NCBI GenBank assembly: GCA_951406725.2
Contig: OX597834.1
Location: 46,438,001-46,502,000 of the forward strand
DNA: 64,000 nt
Direction of reading: 5' to 3'
From: Octopus vulgaris
Lineage: Eukaryota
A model generated the notes under the pieces. That model was not told where the DNA came from. It saw only the letters and a list, made by a program, of their open reading frames with translations, and made no database searches. Positions within the stretch are counted from its first letter, which is position 1; every line of letters begins with the position of its first letter. Below are positions 13,861-28,046 of the stretch, piece by piece. A program made the translations under genes and the position numbers.

Positions 13861-14484
13861 AATATATATATATATACATACATACTTACATACATACATA
13901 CATGTGTGTGTGTGTGTCTTAGAACAGTGGATCTCGAGGCACTTAAGGCTATAAATAATGTAAATATTGGTTGAAAAATCCTTTTGGATAGAAGAGACAA
14001 AGGCTCAAAACTCTTCAATGCAGCGTGCTTTTGAATTAAGAAATTCAGGCAATGTCTTCTAAAAGAAATTGGCCAGCTTCCTGTCCACGATACTTGATGA
14101 ACCAATGTCTCGGCATTTACTGTAGACGATGGCGGCGGTGCTAACCTCCCTCGCACATTAACTGACCCAAAAATCATGAAGAAATCGTATGCAAGAGTGG
14201 TGATATGAAATCGCAACATCCAGAAGAAATCAACCACAACAACATGGCTGAAACGCATAAAAGAAATAAAAAAACACATACAAGCATGCACATCTACATA
14301 CATACATTCATATATGTGTATGTATTTGTGTGTGCGCGTGTGTTTATATATGTGTATATTTATACGCATACATACACATAAATATATACATATTCTTTTA
14401 TGTATGTATGCATGCATGTATGTGTGTGTATGTATGTATATATATATGTATGCATGTATGTGTGTGCGTGTGTGTATGTATATA

Positions 14485-14613
14485 TGTCATTATTCAGTCT
14501 ATTTCAAGATTTCTTGCCAATAGAGAAAGAACCGGTTTCTAACCTAGATCTAAGTCTCCGTCATTGGAATTTCAACATCAACAACTGGGTATTTTTGTAT
14601 GTGTGCGTGTGTG

Positions 14614-14647
<34 letters not shown>

Positions 14648-14975
14648 TGTATGTATCTATCTATCTATCTATCTATCTATGTGCAGATTTGTATGTTTTA
14701 TGTATATATTTCCATCCATATAGCTACATATCTAGACATGCTCATATATGTTTAAATGATAAACTTCTGGAACTTTTTACAGTTCCAGTGATGGACTGGG
14801 TCTGTAGTCTTTGAATTAGCTTTCTCCTTTCTGGTTTTGAGAACCCTAATTTCTCAAGATTAGTATTTAGGCAGTGTGTTACATATTCCAGGATACCAAT
14901 AATTACAGGTATAAACCTGAACTTGTAATCTGGATAGAGTAACTGCAGATTTTGCAATAGTTCAGCGGAGGTGTT
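14485..14975 (-). mobile_element. R4/Dong-like RLE non-LTR retrotransposon 3' end
   Basis: Peptide LQLLYPDYKFRFIPVIIGILEYVTHCLNTNLEKLGFSKPERRKLIQRLQTQSITGTVK plus a 3' UTR ending in a (CATA)n tail; homologous to 35650-36290. Confidence 0.75.
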
Positions 14976-15538
14976 CTCTCTCTCTCTTTTCTTTCTTTTC
15001 TCTCTTTTTACTTGTTTCAGTCATTTTGACTGCGGCCATGCTGGAGCACCGCCTTTAATCGTGCAACTCGACCCCGGGACTTATTCTTTGTAAGCCCAGT
15101 ACTTATTCTATCGGTCTCTTTTGCCGAACCGCTAAGTGACGGGGACATAAACACACCAGCATCGGTTGTCAAGCAATGCTAGGGGGACAAACACACACAC
15201 ATACATATATATAAGACACTTGCCCAAGGTGTCACGCAACGGGAATGAACCCGGAACCATGTGGTTGGTAAACAAGCTACTTACCACACAGCCACTCCTG
15301 CGTTTTTTTTCTTTTGTTTTTACTGATCTTCAGCCTTAAGTTAACATTTAAATTAACAAAGCTGGGTCGTTAATTTCCACAACCGCGCACAGTTCCTTTT
15401 TTCTATCCCAAATAGTTATATGAGGTCTCTTGTGCTTGCATTTTATTGAGATCTTCTCTAGTACATTCCACCAGCATTCCTTTTTATTATGAGTGGCTAT
15501 GGCTTCTGCCATATTGTGGGTTCGTATGTATACCTACA

Positions 15539-15619
<81 letters not shown>

Positions 15620-15919
15620 GTGTTTGGTTACAGAGGTTGCATAAAGGATTAACGCATATCTAACTGAAGCAAGTCACTTGTCGGAAAGATAGAATGACGT
15701 AAAATAGACATTTAAATATTCCATTATTTTGCCACGAAATGCATCGATGATGGAAGTTCGCTGTTCTTGGGTAATTCCCACATTCAGACATATCTAAAAG
15801 TATCCTAAAGTATCCAATCAAGAATGGGAATCGCTTGGCGTCAAAGCTTCTTGATAATCCGTTGGATTAGTCATCAGGTCAATGCTCGCTTCTTTCTTTG
15901 AGAGCCTAAAGAGTTACTC

Positions 15920-16583
15920 CTTACTCTTTTACTCTTTTACTTCTTTCAGACATTAGACTGCGGCCATGCTGGAGCACCACCTTTAGTCGAGCAAATCGAC
16001 TCCAGGACTTATTCTTTGTAAGCCCAGTACTTATTCTATCGATCTCTTTGGCCGAAACGCTATGTTACGGGGACGTAAACACACCACCATTGGTTCTCAA
16101 GCGATGTTGGGGTGACAAACTCAGACACACAAACATATACACACGCATACATACATATATACATATATACGACGGGCTTCTTTCAGTTTCCGTCTACCAA
16201 ATCCACTCGCAAGGCTTTGGTCGACCCGAGGCTATAGTAGAAGACACTTGCCCAAGGTGCCGCGCAGTGGGAATAAACCCAGAATCATATGGTTGGTGAG
16301 CAAGCTACTTACCACACAGCAACAGGGCGGCGAGCTGGCAGAAACGTTAGCACGCCGGGCGAAATGCGTAGCTGTATTTCGTCTGCCGTTACGTTCTGAG
16401 TTCAAATTCCGCCGAGGTCGACTTTGCCTTTCATCCTTTCGGGGTCGATAAATTAAGTACCAGTTACGCACTGGGGTCGATGTAATCGACTTAATCCGTT
16501 TGTCTGTCCTTCTTTGTCCCCTCTCTGTGTAGCCCCTTGTGGGTAGTAAAGAAATATATACCATACAGCCACTCCTGCGCCTA
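15920..16583 (-). mobile_element. Family A SINE with a family C SINE nested inside it
   Basis: The family A copy is interrupted at ~16321-16558 by a plus-strand family C copy; duplicated flank accacacagc / accatacagc. Confidence 0.8.
16326..16556 (+). mobile_element. tRNA-derived SINE, family C
   Basis: ggcggcgagctggcagaaacgttagc...gagttcaaattcc (B box)...cctttcatcctttcggggtcgataaattaagtacc. Copies at 26960-27170, 27188-27398, 39925-40165 (-) and 50987-51200 (+). Confidence 0.85.
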
Positions 16584-16928
16584 TAGTCAAGTCGGAGATT
16601 ATGTTATATATTATGAAATTAAACCAATTGTGTTATACTTCTGTCACAATAAAGACTTTCAATGAAACAACTGTAGCAATACCAAATAACCTTCGCTTTT
16701 TTAATCTCTCTCTCTCCCTCTCCCTCTTACACACACACACACTGAGATAAACAAACCCTTTCCCTGTCAAAACTCTCCTGCTTCCCTTTGTGTCATAAGT
16801 AATTTTTACCTTAGCTTTTGTCGCCGTTGTGATTCTGTTGTCTTGATGGCATCGCGGCATTTGGAATCGGTGTTGCTTACTTTCGAAATTTGCGCACGGA
16901 CACATGAATTTCTTTAATATAGGAAGGA

Positions 16929-17545
<617 letters not shown>

Positions 17546-17813
17546 AAGTGAGGGATGAAAGAAGAAAGATGAAAAGAAAGTGAAACAGAGAGAGAGAGTG
17601 ACAGACAGACAGACACATTGTTTCCATTGTACAAAAAGTACGATTTGACTTGTATCAAAGTCAAGTCACAAAATTGACCTCGCCTTCTCTTCCACTACTG
17701 CAATTTATATTATTTTTCAACACTGTCCAAAATTCCACCCCAGGATGCAATCTGCTTTCCTACTGCCCAATTCCCTCTCAAGTTCGTTGTCATGTTTTTC
17801 GAACCAGTTTTCT

Positions 17814-17876
<63 letters not shown>

Positions 17877-18749
17877 CTTTCTACTTCTTTTCTGTTCAAT
17901 GAGTATTTATTTCCAACAATTTATTTTTAACATAGCCATCTACGTATTATACTCAAAGGCATGTACTCGTAACTCGCCTCATGTTAGGACAAAAATTCAT
18001 CATTTATGATATAGAAAAATGTTTATAAGACATTCATTGATGCTGAGAAATACTTGCCTAGCTGAATAAATATCTTGTATGTGCAACTGAGTCAGTATTT
18101 AATTTTAAAAAATAACCATCTAAGTATCATAGTTAATGCAAACACTTGTCAATAGTCGAATTACTATGGTATTTGTCCTGAGATAACATCTCTGATGGAC
18201 TTGCTGTGTTAAAAACATAATGAACATCAGAGAGAGATGAAAATTTATTGCAGGAGTGGCCAGAAAGAGCACCAGATACATTTCGTCCTTTTTTGGCCTT
18301 TTCAATGGCGCCTACTCGCAGCCAGCCACTTGCTCCAACGAGAATTCTTCATCTCTTACGTAGAAAAAAGTGAATAAAATATTCACTGACGTTGCGAATA
18401 GCCGCCCAGATTAATGAAGCCAATTCTTTCCGGTCGTTTTACGTTTCGGCTTGTTTTTCGTTGTCCTATTCCTTTTCAGTTTCTTCTGTGCTTATTTTCC
18501 TTCATTTTGGTAACTAATGCATCTACCCGTCCATGGCAGGTTCTCTGAGCTAGCTGTGGTGTTCAAATAGCTTTTTGTCTAAAATGTGAATTTTTCTCGG
18601 TGGTAAACTTGCAGCGTAAAGCCGCTACAGGTTCAGAAATATCTCAAGCATGTTTAAACTGGCCTAAAGTCTGTTAATTTTTCGTCTCTGCTTCGTGCAA
18701 TGCCTATATACATACATACATACATACATACATACATACATACATACAT

Positions 18750-18784
<35 letters not shown>

Positions 18785-18999
18785 GGCAGACAGACAGACA
18801 GACAGTAGTGGCCATGATATAAGGGTCAGTAGGAACAAGTGAATTGAAATAGTTATTATAGAAGATTAACAACACGTTGAGACTAGATATTTTACAAATA
18901 TTTACACATATCTTATATCTATCTTTCGTCAAAATTTCAAGTGAATGGAATAAATATTTCGTAAGTTATGAAGAAATATACAAACAATCTTCCAAACTG

Positions 19000-20210
19000 C
19001 AGCGGTCAAAAGTTAAGGGTCACTTAGCAAAAATGACCTACTAACCGAGCTATTTGTCGTTTAGAAGACCGTTAATGGGCTAACAGTTACATTTTATGAT
19101 CTTACATTACTAGAACATTCAACAGTCAGCATGGCGGCTTGCGATGAAAAACAAAGGATTGTGTGCATTCACCAAGAAGGCAAGTCAAATTCTGTGGTAA
19201 CAACAACTGCAGGAAGGTCTAGGAGTATTGTGCAACGAATTGTAACTCGTCTTAAGTCAACAGGATCGACAGATGCTGAACCCAAAACTGGTAGACCTCG
19301 TAAAACTTCACCAAGATAGGATCGTATTATAGTTAAAAAGTGAGTGTAGGTTGGGATTAAGAGTTCTGCTGCTGAGATATCCCGAGAGTTTAGCTCCACT
19401 TCCGATTCCGATGCCAACGTATCGTGCGAAACACTTTCTCGGAGGTTACGAGGTTCTGGGTTGCTTGCTCGGGCACCGGAAAAGAAACCTCTGATCTCCA
19501 AGAAGGATCAAAGAGCCAGTCTTCATTTCGCTCACGAACATGTCGTTTGGACAGAAGAACAGTGGTCGCAGGTTCATTTTAGCGATGAATCGAAGTTTAA
19601 TGCGATTGGTTCCGATGGCGAGATGCATGTCCGGCGAAGAAGTAGCGAAAGGTTATCTCGTGCATGTGTGAAGAAGTCAATGAAATATGGAGAAGGCAGT
19701 GTAATGGTATGGGGAGTGATCTCTGCTGCTGGTCCTGGGACTGTCAATGCTGAATTCTACAGGCAGATTCTTAGACAACATGCTCTTCCACATCTCCTGT
19801 TTTCATCAGTTCAACTGCCTATCTTCGTGCAGTGTAACGCTCCCTGTCACACAAAGAAGAAAGTCAAAGGTTTTTTTGAATGATGAATGGGCTGATTTCA
19901 TTGACTGGCCACCTCAAAGTCCCGATCTTAACTCTATAGAAAATGTTTGGATGATTATTGGAGATGGAGCGCGAAGGAGGAATCCAAAAAACCACGATGA
20001 ATTCTAAGAATTATTGAAAAAACAAATGGAACAATATTACTCCATCTTTATCCAAGAAACTAATTCAGTCCTGTGGTAACAGACGTCAGATCATTGATAG
20101 TAAAGGGGTGTTTACAAAATATTAAATGTAAGGGTTTCTCTTTTGCTCTTGTTCTATTGTTCTAAGTGATCCTTAACCTTGGCCGGTAAGTGACCCTTAA
20201 CTTTGGCCGA
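19000..20210 (+). mobile_element. Tc1-family DNA transposon with pseudogenised transposase
   Basis: TIRs cagcggtcaaaagttaagggtcactta / taagtgacccttaactttggccg. The broken ORF 19131-20125 contains GRPRKTS, KKPLIS, WSQVHFSDESKFN, GSVMVWG, QCNAPCH and WPPQSPDLNSIENVW, with stops and frameshifts. Confidence 0.92.
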
Positions 20211-20228
20211 TCTATCTATCTACACATA

Positions 20229-20534
20229 TCACCGTGATCACCGTGACCGACCAGGCTATCAGATGTTGCTACACATCACTGGTCACAATGCGCTTCGCAT
20301 TGTTTTAGCCTTCAAATGACGCCATCCCGCTGCCTAAGCGAACAGGCCAACAGAAGAAAGAGTGAGAGAAAGTTGTGGCGAAAGAGTACAGCAGGGCTCG
20401 CCACCATCCCCTGCCGGAGCGTCGTGGAACTTTAGATGTTTTTGCTTGATAAACATTCACAACGTCTGGGAATCGAAACCGCGATCCTACGACCGCGAGT
20501 CCGCTGCCCTAACCCCTGGACCATTGCACCTCCA
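20229..20534 (-). mobile_element. tRNA-derived SINE, family D
   Basis: Minus-strand head ggaggtgcaatggtccaggggttaggg...ggtttcgattccc; partial copy at 52532-52650. Confidence 0.75.
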
Positions 20535-20561
20535 CATATACACATATATACATACCTGCGT

Positions 20562-20642
<81 letters not shown>

Positions 20643-20892
20643 TAATTGGGTACAGGACGTCACCAACAGTAAACAACATGAGATACGAAAACAAATGAGC
20701 TAAATACGCAAATAACGAGAGAAAAAATAAAAATAACAAAAAAAAAATGGTTTAATAATTTTTTAAATGATTTTCAAGTGGAGGAAGGTAAGTCACTTGA
20801 TTTACGTGATTGCGCATGGCTGACTTCAAAATCCGCACGTTCAAGAAATCGTTATCAGAGTGTGGGCATACGGAAACTGAAAGAAGCCCGTC

Positions 20893-20967
<75 letters not shown>

Positions 20968-21390
20968 TGTGTTTGTCTCCTCAACATCGCTTGACAACCG
21001 ATGCTGTTGTTTAGGTCCCCGTCACTTAGCGGTTCGGCAAACGAGACCGACAGAATAAGTACTCTGTACACCCGTAAGGGAACCGTCGCTACATACGGCA
21101 TGACGAAGGCATCTTTTGACCTGGAGGAACCTATCCGTTTCCAAGTGTGCCAGAACCGATTTCTTCCAGCAAGAGAAAAAGAGACAGAGAAGAACAGACA
21201 GAACAAGTGAGAGATAAAAATGAAGGGACCCAAGTACAGGATTTCCGCTCTCTTTTATCTCCCACACCCGCACCACTGGAGGATGAAAGGCAAAGTTAAC
21301 CTCGGTGGAATTTGAACTCAAAGTGCAGGGACCCGGAATGATTACCGCAAAACAACCATTCGGGCGCTTTTAACAATTCTACCAATTAGC

Positions 21391-21421
<31 letters not shown>

Positions 21422-21889
21422 GATTTCAAAAATACTATACACCCGCATCTCTACATTTTCCCTTCCTTACAACAACAACAACGAACAATAACAACGTCCT
21501 CCTTCTAAACCCCCCCACCCCCATTACATCCTTCATTCTTACTACCACCAGCGCTGCCACCGGCGTCATCACAGACCTGCAATCTCCTCAACTCCCCACC
21601 CCTCCGACATTTTCATCAGAACCGACAGAAAAAGAAAGAGGCCTCACACTCTCTCACCGACCATCATCATCATCATTATGTCATCATCATTATGTCATCA
21701 TCATTATGTCATCATCATCATCATCATGATCACCAGCCAACTTACTTTCGTGCACCATCCAACACCACCATCCAACACCACCGTCAAAAGCAACAGCAAC
21801 AACAATGTGAATGCGAAACCCTCCAACGAAATTCTACAGTATGTATGATATTAAAAGATGCATATGTGTATGCGTTTGTGTGTCTGTAC

Positions 21890-21928
<39 letters not shown>

Positions 21929-22175
21929 AATATACTTAATAATTAGGATTCAGCAAAGATTTGCTTCACCACATACCGAAATTTAGAAATAGCAGTCAAA
22001 AAATCTTAGCTATTCCTTCTACTTTAAAAGGGGCTCCTATTCCTAATTATAAAGTATTACTTAAGCTTACCATGAAATGGTCCTTTTTCATGACGAATTC
22101 TACTTGGTGAAATTAATGATTACTTCTTAATTAAATAATTTTACCCTTTGTTATTATATATAAATATGTATAGAT

Positions 22176-22249
<74 letters not shown>

Positions 22250-22259
22250 GTGTGTGTTG

Positions 22260-22309
<50 letters not shown>

Positions 22310-22310
22310 A

Positions 22311-22358
<48 letters not shown>

Positions 22359-22418
22359 CTATATATGTGTATATATATGTGCGTGTACATATATAAAGAT
22401 AAATAGATATTTATATAT

Positions 22419-22477
<59 letters not shown>

Positions 22478-23043
22478 GAGAGAGAGGAGGGAGAGCGAGA
22501 TAGAAACAGGCAGATAGACAGAGACGTACTTATATATAACCTCTATCAACCACCACCGCCACCACCGTTGCTGACAACAACAACAACAGCATCACCAACG
22601 ACAGCCATAACTTATCCAAGAAACTTTATTCAACCTTTTGATTCGTCAGATGTAAATATTTCAAAAGATGTTCAGATGTTTTCAATGAATTGATATAACT
22701 ACAGATAGGGCACAACGGACCCCTGACTAACCCCTATTTTACCAGACGATATGTCTTTCTCTCTCCTCCATTTTTAGTACCCCTCCCCATCACCAAGATC
22801 CCTTTCATTATGACATGTATATGCTATCTTCATAGTCGTCGTTGATGCTGTTGTGGTTTAATCTCCAGGTGAGCCTTGATCCAGCTTGATCCAAGATCAA
22901 AAGCGTTTCAGCCATGGATTTCAAAAATGATTTAGTTTCACGTTTCAGTGAGGAAAGTGAAGTGTTTAGAGGAGAAATGATCCAGAGTAGAGGAATACGG
23001 TGTGTTTCAATATGAAAGCAAAAACATCAAGTGGTGTTTTGGG

Positions 23044-23096
<53 letters not shown>

Positions 23097-23480
23097 GCAC
23101 GCACGCACGCACACGCACACACTGTATGTATGTATACATGTTTATATGTAAGTATGTTTGTATATCATTATTCAGTTTTAATTCTTACCAATAGAGAAAG
23201 AATCGGTTTCTAACCTAGATCCAAAACTCCATTGGAATTTCAACGACATCTTAAGAGCATTTTTGCATGTACATATGTATGTATATTGTATGTATATAAG
23301 TGTGTGTGTGTTTGCCACAGATGCTCTAATTGCAGGCAACACTAGTGACGGCCGAAATGTTACCCGAGGCAAATTCTACATCAGCCCTTGCTCAGCAATT
23401 TATATGCAAAGGTCAATATGGAAACTAAAAAGAAGTTCACCGTTTTTATATGTATGTGGATATATATATATATATATATA

Positions 23481-23705
23481 TACAACACGGAGTGCTGAGA
23501 AGTTTCTGGCTTTAAGGGTATCGCGAAAGGCCTTGTTGGAGGCCCAAACATCCTATTTCTTTTACAGGGCTTAGAAAAATTGAAGAGCCGCTGCAATAAC
23601 TCTGTGAATCTGAGAGGTGAATATGTTGAATGCAAGCAGAATATAATTGATTCTGCTGTATTTTCTTTTATCCAAAGACAAGAACTTTTCAACACAGCCC
23701 CGTAT
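23481..23705 (+). mobile_element. Internally deleted mariner (MITE-like) element
   Basis: Degenerate TIRs gtgctgagaagtttctggcttt / aagacaagaacttttcaacac. Retains the mariner transposase C-terminus FFTGLEKLKSRCNNSVNLRGEYVE. Confidence 0.75.
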
Positions 23706-24076
23706 ATAAAAATATATAGTTTACATGTGTGTATTAGTGTGTGTGTATGTGTGTATGTGTGTGTGTGTTTGTATGCGTGTGTGCGTGTGTGTGTGCGTGT
23801 ACGTGTGTGTGTGTGCATTTGCTTACGTTTGAGTTCTACAGAAGTCGCGAGCTATGAGCGGTTTTGTTGTTGCCATTTCTGTCAACAAATCGCCCGCATG
23901 CAGTGCGCCTTCGAAGACAGCTAAATTAAGGGATTCCTTACATGAAAAACAAGTAAAGAGTTAGCGACAGGAATGCATCCGGCTGTAAAACAATGCCTCA
24001 ATAACATATAGGTCTAACTCATGTTAGCATGAAAAAAGTTACGGACTTCAAAACGTACAAAAGGAGTGGACAGAAA

Positions 24077-24135
<59 letters not shown>

Positions 24136-24136
24136 G

Positions 24137-24425
24137 GCATTACTACACATAAATGCTTCACGCTGCGAGGGACTGTTAAAATCACAACTACCATAATGGA
24201 TACATTAATAATATATACATTTTTATGTCTTGATTATGCCTGCACTGACGATTAAAAAGTGCATTTTGTGCACTAATTATTAAATCATATGATATGCGGC
24301 TGAATCTGTTTTTAAGGAGCTCGCTTCTAGAGTTGCATTCCCTCGCGTTCGGTACACTGTATTTATTATGGTAGTTCTGACTTTAAAAGTCCCTCGTAGC
24401 GCGAGGTATTTATGTGTAGTAATGC
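24137..24425. repeat. Inverted repeat with ~68-bp arms and ~150-bp spacer (MITE/foldback-like)
   Basis: gcattactacacataaatgcttcacgctgcgagggac... is reverse-complementary to ...gtccctcgtagcgcgaggtatttatgtgtagtaatgc, with several mismatches. Confidence 0.8.
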
Positions 24426-24748
24426 ACTTAATATAAATAAATATATTTAATGGGAATAATTATAATTTCTCCCTTATGAGGTTTTTCATGCTGACTACTT
24501 GATAAATTCTTATAAAAAATCTATCCTATTTTAAATTTTATATATATATATATATATATATAGTTTACGAGAAACAAAAAAGCGTTGACAATGACTGCGA
24601 AGTTGCGGTTTCGATACCTTCACCAGACGAAGAGATCAACTGCACTGGAACTTTGAAGTCACTGTCAAACTTTTCCTCCTGAAAATAAAATGAATGTAGT
24701 TCTCTCAGCCTAAGTATTGAATGATCCATCGACTAATATCTAAGTGAT

Positions 24749-24805
<57 letters not shown>

Positions 24806-24941
24806 CTGAAAGGCAAATTAAGTAGAAAGCTGCAGGCGGTGTGTGTACGTGCGCGCGCGTGCATGCTATACTTATTTGTGATGCAAAAATGGATTCCATA
24901 ATACCACAGCAACACCAGCGCTAGCCGTCTTGAACAGATCC

Positions 24942-24996
<55 letters not shown>

Positions 24997-25002
24997 AATA
25001 TA

Positions 25003-25037
<35 letters not shown>

Positions 25038-25862
25038 GCATGCATGTATGTATGTATGTATATATATACACACACACACGTACACACATATATGCATATA
25101 TTTATATATGTATCATATATATATACACATAGGTACATGTATGTATATGTGTGTATGTGTGTGTGTGTGTGTAAAACAACAACTAATAAGTGAGTGACCA
25201 TGTGAGTGGAGAACTGAAAGATTCTTGTGAATAATGACTGAAGGAATAGTTAGAAATTAGTGATTGATTGATTAAATTTGCTTTATTTCTTTAATGTGTT
25301 TGTGAATGCACTGCAAGCTTACTTGTGAATTAGGCCAATGGATGCAGCATTCAAGTTCTAATAGCAACATTTCATTCGTCATGGCCCGTAACCACACAGG
25401 GCCCCGTTACCATATGGGGCCCGTTATCGTACGAAACCCGTTACCACACGTGGCATGTTGCGCCTAGCATTGAACTCTTTGCTCATTGCTTTCTCTATTT
25501 CCAAGTAAGGTTTTGATCCCGCCATTGTATTGCCTGTCTACAACTTTCCGGTCTCGTAGTATTAATCTGTCAACTGCGCTTCAAACATGTGACCCCTTTT
25601 TTGCCGCTAAACCCGCTGAACTGTTTACATTTTGGAGGGAAACTTTTTTTATTATTATTATTTGCGAGGGATACAGCGTAGAATAAGCCTTCCGGGGATA
25701 TGCATTACATACATGCACCGGGTTTCTCGTTGGCCCACAATGTTTTATGCCAAGTGCGTCATTTGAACCAGTGTCTCGTCATTGAGGACGGAAGCTTAAG
25801 ACTTTTTAGTGCGAAAGCAAAAGCAAAAGAAGAAGAAGAGCAACAACAGAAAACAACATTAC

Positions 25863-26830
25863 CTTTTTGTCGAGTTGTCTGGCTTTCAGGCTGTCGACAC
25901 GAGCTTGAGGAGTGTTGAGGGTTTTCTTGTGAAACTGGGTCCCGATATCGTTGTTCCGCAAAGGGCTGATCGCTGTTTTGCTTTCAACGCTGTCGGGTTC
26001 GGCATCGTTCTCGTTGATGTCTTCCAGTGTATTTGAGTTCAATTTCAAGTTACTTCCGTCCTCGCCCATCGACGTACTCCCGCTACCGCGGCTTGCGTTC
26101 GTGTCCTGCTCATCATCTTCATCACCCCCTCCTTGCGAGACGATACCTTCGTTCGACTGCGTGAAATCGTCCTCTCCGTTCAGCATCATTGAACCTTTAC
26201 TCTCGATCTCGCCTTCCTCCCCTTCATCTCCATCCTCTTCCTTCTCGCCGTTCTCCTTCACTTCATCTTCCTTCGCCTCCTCCGCCTCACCTGTCTCCTC
26301 GCCATTCACACTGTTCTTTTGTTCTTCTTCGTTCTCTTCGTCATTATCACGTGACGCTTCTTGCGCTTCCACTTCCGTTTTCTCCAAAGAACCACTTTTT
26401 CTTCCACCCTCTTCGTCTACTTCGTCCGCTTCCCCGTCCCCTTCAGCATCCCCATCCCCATCCCCTTCAGCTTCCCCTTCTCCTTCGTCGTCTGCTTCTT
26501 CCCCATCAGCGGTCGCTTTACGACTGCTCGCTTCGTTCTCGGAGGCTTCGATCTGACTCGCCTCGTTCTGACTTGCCTCTTCGACATTTGTATCCAATGA
26601 AGCTGTCCTGCTCACCTGCGTTGCCACGGATTCCATGGGTAACGAAAGGTTCGCCAGATCACTGAGATTCTGAATCTCCTCTTCGTTTATCTGAGACGCC
26701 AATTCGCTCTCTTCTCGCTCAATTTCTTTTTCGATTTTGATAATACTTGGTGATTCCAACCCAAACTTGTAGCCAATTCTTGCCAGTTCCAGTAAACACA
26801 CAACCACTGGTTTTTCTTGTCTGTGGCACA
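25863..26830 (-). CDS. GAS2: GAS2-like coding exon 4 (end of CH domain plus long acidic linker)
   Basis: Acceptor tttcatgcag and donor gtaatg; 968 nt open. Begins (V)CHRQEKPVVVCLLELARIGYKFGLESPSIIKIEKEIE (GAS2 motif V..CLLEL.R....G.E.P.LI..EKEIE) and ends ...RQLDKK at the start of the GAR domain. Phase 1 in, phase 0 out. Confidence 0.9.
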
Positions 26831-27993
26831 CTGCATGAAAAAGATATAAACAGAGATATAAATAATATTATATATAGATAATTATCTCGTTCATAAAATA
26901 GACAGTACTTTTCAATTTAGATAATTATTCTACATACACATACAGGATAAACATTTATTGGTTTCAAATTTTGACACAAGGCCAGAAATTTCGTGGAATG
27001 GGGCTAAATCGCTTAGATTCACTCTAGTGCTCAGCTATTTTATCGATGCCGAAAGAATAAAAGGCAAAGTCGACCTCGGTGGAATTTGAACTTAGAACGT
27101 AAAGATGGACGAAATGTAGCAAAGCATTTTGACCCGGTTCTCTAACAACTCTGCCAGCTCGCCGCCGAGGAATCACTTTAATTATGATTTCAAATTTTGG
27201 CAAAAGGCCACAAGTTTCGGGAAAAGAGGTGAGTAGATTACATCGACCAAGTTCTCAACTGATACTTATTTCATCGACCTCGAAAGGATGAAAAGCAAAA
27301 TCGACCTCGGCGGAATTCGAACTCAGAACATAACGACAGACGAAATGGCGCTAAACATTTCACTCGGGTTGCTAACGCTTCTGCCAGCTCACCGCCTTAA
27401 AGAGATGCGTCTAATAAAGACGGTGCTGTTTATCCAAGATCGTTGATCTGGTGATTTACCTGAACAAAGATGTCTTTCGTTCTTTTGATTTATTCTAGTT
27501 GCTTCAGTCAGTGGATGCGGCCATGAAGGGGCACCTCCTTGAAGGAAGAATTTAGTCAACCAAGATTACTCTAGCGCTTATTTTTCTTTTTGCAAGTCCA
27601 GGTACTCTTTGATTGTCAGTATTTTATGACTCAGTCGGTCATAAAATGGGTGCACCTAAGAAAATCCCCTCCGGGGGGAAAAGCGTGGGCGGAAAGTCGC
27701 CTCATCGACGAATGCAGAACATAGGGTTGTTTTTATGGAAGACCAGCAGTCGCCCATGCATACAGGCCTCCCCTCTCCACCGCACCAATATTATCCAAGG
27801 GAGAGGCAAAGGGGCCGATACAGCTGGGCACCAGTGATGTCGCAACTCATTTCTACAGCTGAGTGAACTGGAGCAACGTGAAATAAAGTGTCTTGCTCAA
27901 GAGTACAACACGCAGCCCGGTCCGGGATTTGGACTCACAACCTCACGATCGTAAGCTCGACACTCTAACCACTGAACCATGCACCTTCACACA

Positions 27994-28046
<53 letters not shown>

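Noticed and set aside
16633-16905. ORF starting MCPCANF, considered as a CxC-containing alternative GAR exon
   Set aside because: No GAR similarity beyond CPC, a weak acceptor, and a 31-nt candidate exon that would break frame. Exon 11916-12011 already completes the domain in phase.
18100-18700. Possible decayed transposon coding sequence (similar patches at 13960-14260, 47500-47860 and 57550-58160)
   Set aside because: No diagnostic motif could be read with confidence.
25951-26665. Plus-strand Ser/Pro-rich ORFs (201, 158 and 79 aa)
   Set aside because: Antisense shadows of the acidic GAS2 exon 4.
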